From positions 1 through 9,672 of the forward strand of contig CAZOYL010000101.1 of the NCBI GenBank assembly GCA_964584035.1: DNA of 9,672 nucleotides, written 5' to 3'. The position numbers were made by a program, and so were the translations under genes. Position 1 is the first letter of the stretch. The number at the start of each line of letters is the position of its first letter. This stretch comes from an uncultured Gemmatimonadota bacterium (GTDB taxonomy: Bacteria > SM23-81). Below, piece by piece: positions 1-7,215 of the stretch. The notes under the pieces were generated by a model that worked only from the letters and a program-made list of their open reading frames with translations, searched no databases and was not told where the DNA came from.

Positions 1-1
1 C

Positions 2-592
2 GAGCACCTGTTCGTCGGTGTCTCCGCCGCCTACTGGATGGTGGTGGGCGTGTGGGGAACAATGGTTCCCAACATGCTGGCCAAGATCCATCCCCCGCTG
101 GTGAAAACGGTTCTCCCGGCCCTGGCCAACGCGGAACCCGAATATCACTACATCATCCCATGTATCTTCGGGATCCTCCTGCTGACCCGATTGATCAATC
201 CCATCGCCTGGCTGAGCCGCTGGTCCCTGGCCTTCATCATCGGCTACACGGCCGGGGTGCGCTTCAGCCGGTATCTTCAGTCCGACTTCGTCGGGCAGAT
301 CAAGAGCACCATGATTTCCGCCGTCGTTCTCGGAGACAACGGATTTTCTATCGGGATGACCTTCTCCCACATCGTGCTCATTGTAGGGCTGGTCTGCGGC
401 CTGGCCTACTTCTTTTTCTCCAAGGAGCACAAGGGCGCGCTCGGAGCCGCCTCCCGGGTGGGCATCTACATCCTGATGGTCACCTTCGGAGCCTCCTTCG
501 GTTATACCGTCATGGCCCGTATTTCGCTCCTCATCGGCCGGATGTCGTTTCTCGGCGAGTGGCTCGGCCTCATTTTCGGGTGGTTCTCCTGA
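2..592 (+). CDS. Multi-pass membrane protein of unknown function, 5'-truncated by the window edge
   Basis: The frame is open from base 2 (EHLFVGVSAAYWMVVGVW...), so it extends upstream of the ATG at 38. It has several hydrophobic helices and GC-rich third positions, a C-terminal FGASFGYTVMARISLLIGR segment, and stop TGA at 590-592. Confidence 0.85.
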   Translation, partial: EHLFVGVSAAYWMVVGVWGTMVPNMLAKIHPPLVKTVLPALANAEPEYHYIIPCIFGILLLTRLINPIAWLSRWSLAFIIGYTAGVRFSRYLQSDFVGQIKSTMISAVVLGDNGFSIGMTFSHIVLIVGLVCGLAYFFFSKEHKGALGAASRVGIYILMVTFGASFGYTVMARISLLIGRMSFLGEWLGLIFGWFS

Positions 593-620
593 GAGATTTA
601 CGTTCCCGGTGAATTTTCCC

Positions 621-650
621 TTGACACCCGGCTTACGTATTGATTACATT
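621..650 (+). promoter_or_regulatory. Putative sigma70 promoter for DUF3098 and the tRNA pair
   Basis: TTGACA at 621-626, 18-nt spacer, TACATT at 645-650, in an AT-rich intergenic gap. Confidence 0.55.
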
Positions 651-686
651 GAGTCTTTGGAGAGTTTTTAACGGCGGAGTGCTCTT

Positions 687-956
687 ATGGGATCACGGAA
701 GAACGCAGCCAAACCCATACGGAAAAATGCCCCCAGGCCGAAGGCCAACACCTTCGCTTTTACCAGGAAGAATTATCTCACCCTTCTGGCCGGTCTGGTG
801 GTTATCATCCTGGGATTCATCACCCTGAGAATGGGATCCATCACGCTGGCACCATTGCTTCTGGTCCTTGGTTACTGTGTCATCATTCCCATCGGCATTT
901 TGCTACGCCCCAAAACACCGAAACAGGAACAGCGGCAACCCTCTGCTGATCGCTGA
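687..956 (+). CDS. DUF3098-family small two-TM membrane protein (89 aa)
   Basis: FAFTRKNY..LLAGLVVIILGF and ITLAPLLLVLGY..IIPIGIL match the DUF3098 pattern as I recall it. GGAG lies upstream of the ATG. Confidence 0.8.
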   Translation: MGSRKNAAKPIRKNAPRPKANTFAFTRKNYLTLLAGLVVIILGFITLRMGSITLAPLLLVLGYCVIIPIGILLRPKTPKQEQRQPSADR

Positions 957-1001
957 GGAAATCGATCTCGCTTCAGTGTTTTTGACGGCGGAAGCGATCG
1001 G

Positions 1002-1076
1002 GGGCGATTAGCTCAGCTGGTCGAGAGCGCTTGCCTTACAAGCAAGAGGTCACTAGTTCGAATCCAGTATCGCCCA
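1002..1076 (+). tRNA. tRNA-Val (anticodon TAC), CCA not encoded
   Basis: Acceptor stem GGGCGAT/ATCGCCC plus discriminator A. Anticodon arm CTTGC-CT TAC AA-GCAAG (TAC at 1037-1039). T-loop TTCGAAT. Confidence 0.96.
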
Positions 1077-1094
1077 TTGAGATAGTCTGTATTC

Positions 1095-1173
1095 GGGGTC
1101 GTAGTGCAGTCTGGTTTAACACGCTGGCCTGTCAAGCCAGAGATCGCCGGTTCAAATCCGGTCGGCCCCGCCA
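1095..1173 (+). tRNA. tRNA-Asp (anticodon GTC), CCA encoded
   Basis: Acceptor stem GGGGTCG/CGGCCCC, then G and CCA. Anticodon arm CTGGC-CT GTC AA-GCCAG (GTC at 1131-1133). T-arm GCCGG-TTCAAAT-CCGGT. Confidence 0.97.
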
Positions 1174-1178
1174 GTTAC

Positions 1179-1211
1179 GAGGGCCCGGGGGATCCCCGGG
1201 CCCTTCGCTTT
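1179..1211 (+). terminator. Probable intrinsic terminator after the tRNA pair
   Basis: Perfect 10-bp stem GGGCCCGGGG-GAT-CCCCGGGCCC (1181-1203) followed by TTCGCTTT, an imperfect U tract. Confidence 0.7.
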
Positions 1212-1241
1212 GCGGCCCGATGCGCGCGGCGCATTTACATC

Positions 1242-1270
1242 TTGACAATCTCCTACAAATTTGGTATGAT
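1242..1270 (+). promoter_or_regulatory. Strong sigma70-type promoter of the candidate selenoprotein gene
   Basis: TTGACA at 1242-1247, 17-nt spacer, extended -10 TG-G-TATGAT (TATGAT at 1265-1270). Confidence 0.8.
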
Positions 1271-1322
1271 TATAGGGTGGGCTCGCTGAAGTCCGATGAT
1301 GACACTCACGACAGGAGAAAAA

Positions 1323-2687
1323 ATGATACCGGCACGCCAGAAACTCTTTTTAGCGATGATCCCGTTGATCGCCCTGCTAACAGCCTCTCCCGCCGCGGCC
1401 ATACACCTTCAGGATGCCTATGCCGAGGCCGGACCGGGAGAAGGGTACGACAAACTGGTGATCCTCGATCCGGGTGAGATATACACCGGCTATATGGTCG
1501 TGGATGGCAACACCAGCTGCGGCCTGCGCGGCAACGGAGCTTTGATCGTGCTGGACAGCGGCGCCCAGATCTGGGCCGGGAGCAGCTCCCGGCTGGACGT
1601 GGAAGGATGCATCATCACCGGGGGCAGCTACGGACTGAGCTTTGACTATACCAACAGCAGCGTGGTATCAAACTGTACCCTGACGGGCAACGGGGTGGGG
1701 GTGCGCACCTGGGTGGCCGATGTGATCGTCACCAACTGCATCATCGTCGACAACGATGAATACGGCATCTCCTGCCGGGAAGGCGCCGAGCCGACCGTCA
1801 TGTATAACGACGTCTGGGGCAATGGCGTGCTCAATTACGCTTCCTTCTGCCCCACCTGAGGCGGGGCCACGTGGGAGAGTTTCTCCCCCAACCCCGGCAC
1901 CGGCGAGATCAGTGACGATCCCCGGTTCTACGACCTTGAGTCCGGCAACTATAACCTGTCGACCGGCTCCCAGTGTATCGACAGAGGAGATCCCGACAGC
2001 CGGATCGATCCCGACGGCTCCCGCCTGGACATGGGCGCCCTGCCGACCTACAAGACGCCGCCCGAGGTCATCCTCATCCGACCTCAGCCCGCTCAACAGG
2101 ATGTTCCCCGACAGACGGCCATTCAGGCCACCTTCAATATGCCCATGGATCCCGGCACCTTCACCAGCGACCATGTGATCGTCTCCGGGCAGGGAGGAGA
2201 CCGCGGCGGAACGATCGACTATGATCCGTTGACTCATACGGTATCGTTCAGCCCGGATGAGCCCTTCCAGAGCGGAGAGACGGTATCGGTACAATTGACC
2301 AGCAGTCTCTCTTCGCTGTGGGATCAGACCCTGGCAGCCGACTACGGCTGGACATTCCAGATCAACACCAGCAGCGATGTGGTCGTAACCGATCCGATCG
2401 GCCTTCCCGACCGTTTCGCCCTGCAGCAGAACTATCCCAATCCCTTCAACGCCTGGACAACCATTCGATTCAGCTTCGAGACCTCCGGCCCGGTCACCCT
2501 GGGGGTGTACAACATGCTCGGACAGCTGGTGGAAACGCTGTATCGGGGGGAACTGCCGGCCGGTCAACACCAGATATCCTGGAACGGTACCGATCGGTCC
2601 GGCCGGCCTCTGGCCAGCGGCGTGTACTTCTGCCGCCTGGAGGCCGACAGCCGCAGCGAGATCAGGAGGATGGTGCTGTTGAAGTAG
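1323..2687 (+). CDS. Secreted protein, 454 aa with readthrough: signal peptide, right-handed parallel beta-helix, CxxU, Ig-like (Big_5-like) domain, FlgD-Ig/T9SS-type-A-like CTD. In-frame TGA 1857-1859 probably encodes selenocysteine (U179).
   Basis: ORFs 1296-1859 and 2031-2687 share a frame and the 57 codons between them have no stop. SD AGGAG at 1313-1317 supports ATG 1323. Signal peptide ends ...ASPAAA. Beta-helix repeats include NCTLTGN, NCIIVDN and YNDVWGN. After the TGA come DPRF, SQCIDRGDP and DGSRLDMGA. The C-terminus has LQQNYPNPFN and ASGVYFCRL..RRMVLLK, then TAG. Confidence 0.85.
1862..1896 (+). promoter_or_regulatory. Putative bacterial SECIS element directly 3' of the in-frame UGA
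   Basis: Lower stem CGGGG(1862-1866)/CCCCG(1892-1896), an internal loop, and upper stem GGGAGA(1873-1878)/TCTCCC(1882-1887). The apical loop is GUU, starting 19 nt after the UGA. Confidence 0.7.
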
Positions 2688-2722
2688 GGGCAGGGAAAAG
2701 TTTGGAGCTGTATTCATCTTTT

Positions 2723-2750
2723 GGGGAGATCTTCGGATCTCCCCTTTTTT
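2723..2750 (+). terminator. Rho-independent terminator
   Basis: GGGGAGATC-TTCG-GATCTCCCC (9-bp stem, cUUCGg tetraloop) followed by TTTTTT. Confidence 0.93.
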
Positions 2751-2775
2751 ATTAAAAAGCCCTCCCGGTCACGAC

Positions 2776-2850
2776 CGGGCCGTGGCCAGCGGCGTGTACT
2801 TCTGCCGCCTGGAGGCGGGAGGAATGATCGAGGTGCAAAAGATGGTGCTG
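2776..2850 (+). pseudogene. Relic of the 3' end of a CTD-encoding gene (RAVASGVYFCRLEAGGMIEVQKMVL)
   Basis: 2783-2816 is identical over 34 nt to 2611-2644. GATGGTGCTG recurs at the same 172-nt offset (2669-2678 vs 2841-2850). No upstream part of a gene is present. Confidence 0.75.
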
Positions 2851-2868
2851 GAGCGGATACGAATCCAC

Positions 2869-2897
2869 TTGACATAAGGTCCTCTATGGTGTAAAAT
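2869..2897 (+). promoter_or_regulatory. Sigma70-type promoter for the DUF4416 gene
   Basis: TTGACA at 2869-2874, 17-nt spacer, TAAAAT at 2892-2897. Confidence 0.75.
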
Positions 2898-2943
2898 TCA
2901 AAATAACCCCGGACAGAGGTTCTCATACCCTGAGGTTCCCCCC

Positions 2944-3477
2944 ATGGGCCGGATGCGCACCCCCGAACCTGTCAAGCTGATCTGCGGATTCATCTTCGCG
3001 GACCAGGACGTCCTCCGGCAGGCCGTCGAACGGCTGCAGGTGCGGCTGGGCTCCATCGACGTCCACAGCGAGATTTTCCCCTTCACCCACACCAGCTATT
3101 ACCGACAGGAGATGGGCGTCGATCTGGGCCGCCTGTTTGTCGCTTTCGAGCGCCTGATCCGCTGTGAGCAACTGCCCGAGATTAAGATCCTGTCCAACGG
3201 CCTGGAGGAGAACCTGGCCGTCAGTTCAGCCGGCCGTCTGAAGCGCCGCATCAACATCGACCCCGGCTACCTGGAGGCCTCCAAGCTGGTGCTGGCCAGC
3301 ACCAAGAATTTCTCCCACCGCATCTACCTGGGGCGGGGCATCTACGGCGAGGTCACCCTGCAGTTTCGGGCCGACCGCTTTCATCCCCTGCCCTGGACCT
3401 ATCCGGATTACCAGGATCCCCATGTCTTTGATTTTCTGAAACGGACTCGCCGAACGTATATGAACCAGATTCGTTAG
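2944..3477 (+). CDS. DUF4416-family protein (177 aa)
   Basis: Motifs F.HTSYY.QEMG, IK..SN.LE, RRINIDPGYL...KLVLASTKNFSHRIYLGRGIYGEVTL and LPWTYPDY. GAGG lies upstream of the ATG. Confidence 0.9.
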   Translation: MGRMRTPEPVKLICGFIFADQDVLRQAVERLQVRLGSIDVHSEIFPFTHTSYYRQEMGVDLGRLFVAFERLIRCEQLPEIKILSNGLEENLAVSSAGRLKRRINIDPGYLEASKLVLASTKNFSHRIYLGRGIYGEVTLQFRADRFHPLPWTYPDYQDPHVFDFLKRTRRTYMNQIR

Positions 3478-3537
3478 ATTCGGCATCCTGCCAGGCGGCT
3501 TAAACGACCGACACCATGCACGATGCACAATAATTCC

Positions 3538-3567
3538 TTGACTTTACACACCGTCCTCATGTATTTT
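3538..3567 (+). promoter_or_regulatory. Possible sigma70 promoter for the radical SAM gene
   Basis: TTGACT at 3538-3543, 18-nt spacer, TATTTT at 3562-3567. This would give a very short leader. Confidence 0.4.
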
Positions 3568-3583
3568 CAGGTGGAGACCGGCC

Positions 3584-4795
3584 ATGGGGCGGACGATACA
3601 GTGGCGGACGGGATCGGGCCTGACGGCGCATGACATCATCGAGGCCCCCACCCCGCATATCCTCATCGATTCCCGCAAAGAGCTTCACGGATGGTGGAAG
3701 GGAAAAAGGGAGTGTACCGCGGAGCGCCTGCTGATCAATCCCTACAATGGATGCGCCGTTCATTGTTTCTGCTGCTATGCCAGGGCCCTGCCGGGCTATT
3801 TTCAGCTATTCCGCCGCCGGGGCGTGGCCACCGTCTGCCGGGATTTCGACCAGGTGGTCGCCCGCCAGCTGGATGGCCTCTCGGTGGCCAGTTGCGGATA
3901 TCTGTCGCCGGTGACCGATCCATTCCAGCTCCTGGAGTTTCGGTACCGGCTGTCTGAAAAGATCATCGGGCAGTTCGTGGAACGCAACATCCCGGTGGAG
4001 TTCGTCACCAAGTGCCGCGTTCCGCCCGGGATCATCGATCTGATCAGACAGCAGCCTCACTCCTTCGGACAGATTTCCATCCTGACGCCCCGGGAGGACC
4101 TGCGCCGCCGGCTGATGGCCGGGGGGGCCGCCACCGAGGAGCTCTTTGGCAACCTGAAGGCTCTGGCCGACGCCAACATCCATGCCGTCTGCCGCATCGA
4201 TCCGATCGTGCCTCTGGTAACCGACGATCTCGACGACCTTCGGCGCCTGATCGCTCGGGCAGCGGACTCCGGCGCCAGGCACATCGTGGCCAGCGTCATG
4301 GATGTGCCCCGTGGCATCGCCGGCGAAATCTTCACGCACCTCGACACGATCCGGCCGGGATGTTCCGCCCGGGTCAGGCGACTCTATGGCGAAGTGATCG
4401 ACGGAGCCCGGCATGCCGACCTGGAATACCGTCTGCGGATCTTCTCCGCGCTTCGGGAGGAATGCGACCGGGCCGGGGTCACCTTTGCTCTATGCAGGGA
4501 ATACCGCCTGGGAAAGAGCGGCCGGCCGGTGGGTCTCAACCGGCGGTTGGCCAGCAGCAGAAACTGCGAGGGCATCGACATCCCCGTGTATATCCGTCAG
4601 GGAAATCAATTTGAACCGGCGGCGGAGTGTACCGGAGCCTGTCTCAACTGCCGGGAACCGATCTGCGGCATCACCGACCTGGCCTTGGGCCGTCCGGGGG
4701 TGACCCGGCGGGACTTCACCCTTCGAGACTACCGCCGCTGGAGCCGCCAGCTGAAGGAAGCCAGGTCACCGCAAAACATCCCGGAATTTCAATGA
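3584..4795 (+). CDS. Radical SAM protein, spore-photoproduct-lyase (SPL)-like family (403 aa)
   Basis: INPYNGCAVHCFCCYA (CX3CX2C at 3752-3775), SPVTDPFQ, VTK and CRIDPIVP..TD motifs typical of SPL-like radical SAM proteins. SD GGAG at 3573-3576. Confidence 0.88.
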   Translation: MGRTIQWRTGSGLTAHDIIEAPTPHILIDSRKELHGWWKGKRECTAERLLINPYNGCAVHCFCCYARALPGYFQLFRRRGVATVCRDFDQVVARQLDGLSVASCGYLSPVTDPFQLLEFRYRLSEKIIGQFVERNIPVEFVTKCRVPPGIIDLIRQQPHSFGQISILTPREDLRRRLMAGGAATEELFGNLKALADANIHAVCRIDPIVPLVTDDLDDLRRLIARAADSGARHIVASVMDVPRGIAGEIFTHLDTIRPGCSARVRRLYGEVIDGARHADLEYRLRIFSALREECDRAGVTFALCREYRLGKSGRPVGLNRRLASSRNCEGIDIPVYIRQGNQFEPAAECTGACLNCREPICGITDLALGRPGVTRRDFTLRDYRRWSRQLKEARSPQNIPEFQ

Positions 4796-4888
4796 GGCCT
4801 GGGCTAATGGTTCGGCACTCCTGGAAAGAAACATGAACATTTTCTTCGGATGGAGCCTTTCACCGAGATATGGGAGGGGGCAATCGGA

Positions 4889-5080
4889 ATGGAAAATCAG
4901 TATCCACAATGCCACAAGTGCTCAGCCGGCGTAATGATACCGCTTTCGGACTATGGCCGGGATGGGGCTCCGATACGATACAAGGCCTGGGTGTGCACCA
5001 ATCCGGATTGCGGTTTCAACATCAGAATCGACAATGGAGAGATCAGTTACGGCAAGACCGTGGGACAGTCCTATAAATAG
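4889..5080 (+). CDS. Small zinc-ribbon-like protein (63 aa), CxxC...CxxxxC
   Basis: MENQYPQCHKCSAGVMIPLSDYG...YKAWVCTNPDCGFNIRI. GGGAGGGGG at 4872-4880 favours ATG 4889 over ATG 4850. Confidence 0.8.
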   Translation: MENQYPQCHKCSAGVMIPLSDYGRDGAPIRYKAWVCTNPDCGFNIRIDNGEISYGKTVGQSYK

Positions 5081-5190
5081 GGCTGTGATCCAGCAGCTGT
5101 GTTCCGGGATCGGAGAGGAGGGCTCCATCCGCAGAAAGGTCCGCTCTCTTTTCCATACTCGGAGACCATTTAACGGGAGACTGGCGGCTC

Positions 5191-6117
5191 ATGGGCATGA
5201 GGGTCATCGATAACCTGGCGATCAAGATCGGCGCCATCCTGATCGCCCTGTTCCTGTGGTTTCATGCCGTCACGGAGCAGGAATATGAGGTCAAGCGGGA
5301 GGTGCCCATTCAGATCATCGGAACGCCCGGAGATCTGATCCTGGCCGAGCCGATCCCCGATGAAGCCATTATTCGCCTGCGCAGCAAGGGAAAGCAGCTC
5401 ATCGTTCCCTACTTCAGTCCGATCCGTGTGCTGGTGCCGGCGGCCGGAGCAGAGAAGGGCCCTCTGACGGTGTCCTTGACCGGCGAGAACGTGGATGTCA
5501 CCCACGGGAACGGCGCTGCCCTGACCGACATCGTCTCGCCTCGCCGGGTCGAGCTGACCTTCGATACCCTGGTTCGAAAGAAGGTCCCGATCCAGTCCAG
5601 GATTACCCTGGAGCCGCTGGAGGGATACGTCCGGGTGGGCTCGATTACCTTCACTCCCGACAGCATCCTGGTTCTGGGACCGGACCGGTACGTCAGCTCG
5701 ATCGCCTCGGTGCTGACCGACTCGGTCAGTTATTCGGGAGTGAAAAAATCCGTTGTCGATCAGGTTCACCTGGTCGATCCCGAGGGATTTAACGTCACCT
5801 ACGTCCCTCATCAGATCGAGGCCCAAAGCCAGATCCAGCGTTTGGTGCAGCGAACGGTCGAGGGTATTCCGGTGACGCTGACCAACATACCCAGGGGCCT
5901 GTCCGCCCGCCTGGAACCGGGCACCCTTTCGGTGACCGTTTCCGGCGGAGAGCAATATCTCAATGCGCTGTCCCGGGATTCCTTCTCGGCCTTCGCCGAT
6001 TACGGCCGGGCCCGCCAGAGGGCCGACGCACGGATCAACGCCCGCATCAATCTGCCCCCCGAGGTGGAGCTGATCAGCGCCAGCCCCCAGACTTTCAAAG
6101 TGGTCACCGGAAGTTAA
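5191..6117 (+). CDS. CdaR/YbbR-family protein (single N-terminal TM, YbbR repeats)
   Basis: N-terminal DNLAIKIGAILIALFLWFHA anchor. Repeated beta-rich units such as KKVPI...LEGYV.....FTPDSILVLGP and PVTLTN.P.GL.ARLEP.TLSVTVSG. GGGAGA at 5175-5180. Confidence 0.85.
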   Translation: MGMRVIDNLAIKIGAILIALFLWFHAVTEQEYEVKREVPIQIIGTPGDLILAEPIPDEAIIRLRSKGKQLIVPYFSPIRVLVPAAGAEKGPLTVSLTGENVDVTHGNGAALTDIVSPRRVELTFDTLVRKKVPIQSRITLEPLEGYVRVGSITFTPDSILVLGPDRYVSSIASVLTDSVSYSGVKKSVVDQVHLVDPEGFNVTYVPHQIEAQSQIQRLVQRTVEGIPVTLTNIPRGLSARLEPGTLSVTVSGGEQYLNALSRDSFSAFADYGRARQRADARINARINLPPEVELISASPQTFKVVTGS

Positions 6118-6158
6118 GAACTCCCGGTCCGCGTTCCCCGAAGACACCTGCCGATATC

Positions 6159-7175
6159 ATGACGATCCTGGGCATCGAAACCTCCTGCGATGAAACGGCC
6201 GCTGCCGTTGTCACCGCTGAACGGAATATCCTCTCCAACGTCGTCCTATCCCAAACGGTCCATTACGAATATGGCGGTGTGGTGCCGGAGCTGGCCTCAC
6301 GCGCTCACATCAAGACCCTGATCCCGATCATCCGTGAATCGCTCTCCCGGGCCGCGGTGGATCTTTCCGATCTCAACGCGGTCGCCGTGACCTTCGGTCC
6401 CGGCCTGGTGGGCTCGCTCCTGGTGGGCCTGTCGGTGGCCAAGGCCCTGGCTTATGCCCGGAACATACCCCTCATCGGGGTCAACCATATCGAGGGACAT
6501 CTGTTCGCCAACTTCCTGGAAAACAAAAACTTAAAACCTCCCATGGTCCATCTGATCGTCTCCGGGGGGCACACCCGGCTGATTTATCAAGCGGAGCCGG
6601 GCCGTTATCGGCTCCTCGGCCAAACCCTGGATGACGCCGCCGGCGAGTCCTTCGATAAGGTGGCCAAGATGCTCAACATAGGCTATCCAGGTGGCCCCCG
6701 GATCGACCGCCTGTCGGAGGAGGGAGATGAACGGTACGTCGCTTTCCCCCGGGCCTATATGGGCAAAAACAGCCTGGATTTCAGCTTCAGCGGACTCAAG
6801 ACGGCCGTGCTGAACTACCTGCAGCCGCTGCCCGCGGAGCGGATCCGGGAACATTTAGCCGACATCGCCGCCAGCTTTCAGGCCGCGGTCGTGGAAGTGC
6901 TCGTGGAAAAAAGTTTCCGAGCTGCCAGGAAGAACCGAGTCGAGGTCCTCGCGGTGGCCGGCGGAGTGGCCTGCAATCGCCGGCTGCGCCGGGAATTGCT
7001 GCGTCGAGCCGAGCGTGAGGGGGTGGCCGTCCACTTCCCCAGTCCATTGCTGTGCACCGACAACGCCGCCATGATCGCCGCCGCCGGCGGCTATCATCTG
7101 GAACAGGGCGAGCGATCCCCCCTGGATCTCAACGCCGTGGCCAACCTCGATATGCAGCCCGCTCCGGTCGTCTGA
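6159..7175 (+). CDS. tsaD: tRNA N6-adenosine threonylcarbamoyltransferase TsaD
   Basis: ILGIETSCDETAAAVV, GGVVPELASRAH, GPGLVGSL, HIEGH, VSGGHT, DDAAGESFDKVAK, DFSFSGLKTAV, GGVACN and CTDNAAMI. Confidence 0.98.
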   Translation: MTILGIETSCDETAAAVVTAERNILSNVVLSQTVHYEYGGVVPELASRAHIKTLIPIIRESLSRAAVDLSDLNAVAVTFGPGLVGSLLVGLSVAKALAYARNIPLIGVNHIEGHLFANFLENKNLKPPMVHLIVSGGHTRLIYQAEPGRYRLLGQTLDDAAGESFDKVAKMLNIGYPGGPRIDRLSEEGDERYVAFPRAYMGKNSLDFSFSGLKTAVLNYLQPLPAERIREHLADIAASFQAAVVEVLVEKSFRAARKNRVEVLAVAGGVACNRRLRRELLRRAEREGVAVHFPSPLLCTDNAAMIAAAGGYHLEQGERSPLDLNAVANLDMQPAPVV

Positions 7176-7215
7176 TCGAGGGCCTCAGGATGATCCCAAG
7201 GGCGGTATTATTCTA

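Noticed and set aside
1857..1859. Alternative genetic code (UGA = Trp or Gly) as the explanation for readthrough
   Set aside because: TGA ends tsaD, DUF3098, the radical SAM gene and the first gene at plausible C-termini, Trp is coded by TGG, and no other gene here has an internal TGA.
2031..2687. Independent 218-aa gene starting at ATG 2031
   Set aside because: It has no convincing SD and no signal peptide despite the CTD, and the Met belongs to the DMGA motif that closes the upstream domain.
2611..2850. Diversity-generating retroelement VR/TR pair
   Set aside because: Differences between the copies are not confined to adenines and no reverse transcriptase is present in the window.
1095..2860. 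Integrative element at tRNA-Asp
   Set aside because: I found no duplicated tRNA 3' end (att site) and no integrase. Only a CCGGTC 6-mer is shared.
3479..4823. TTCGGCA(C)TCCTG on both sides of the radical SAM gene (3479-3490 and 4811-4823)
   Set aside because: Only 12 nt with an indel, which is compatible with chance.
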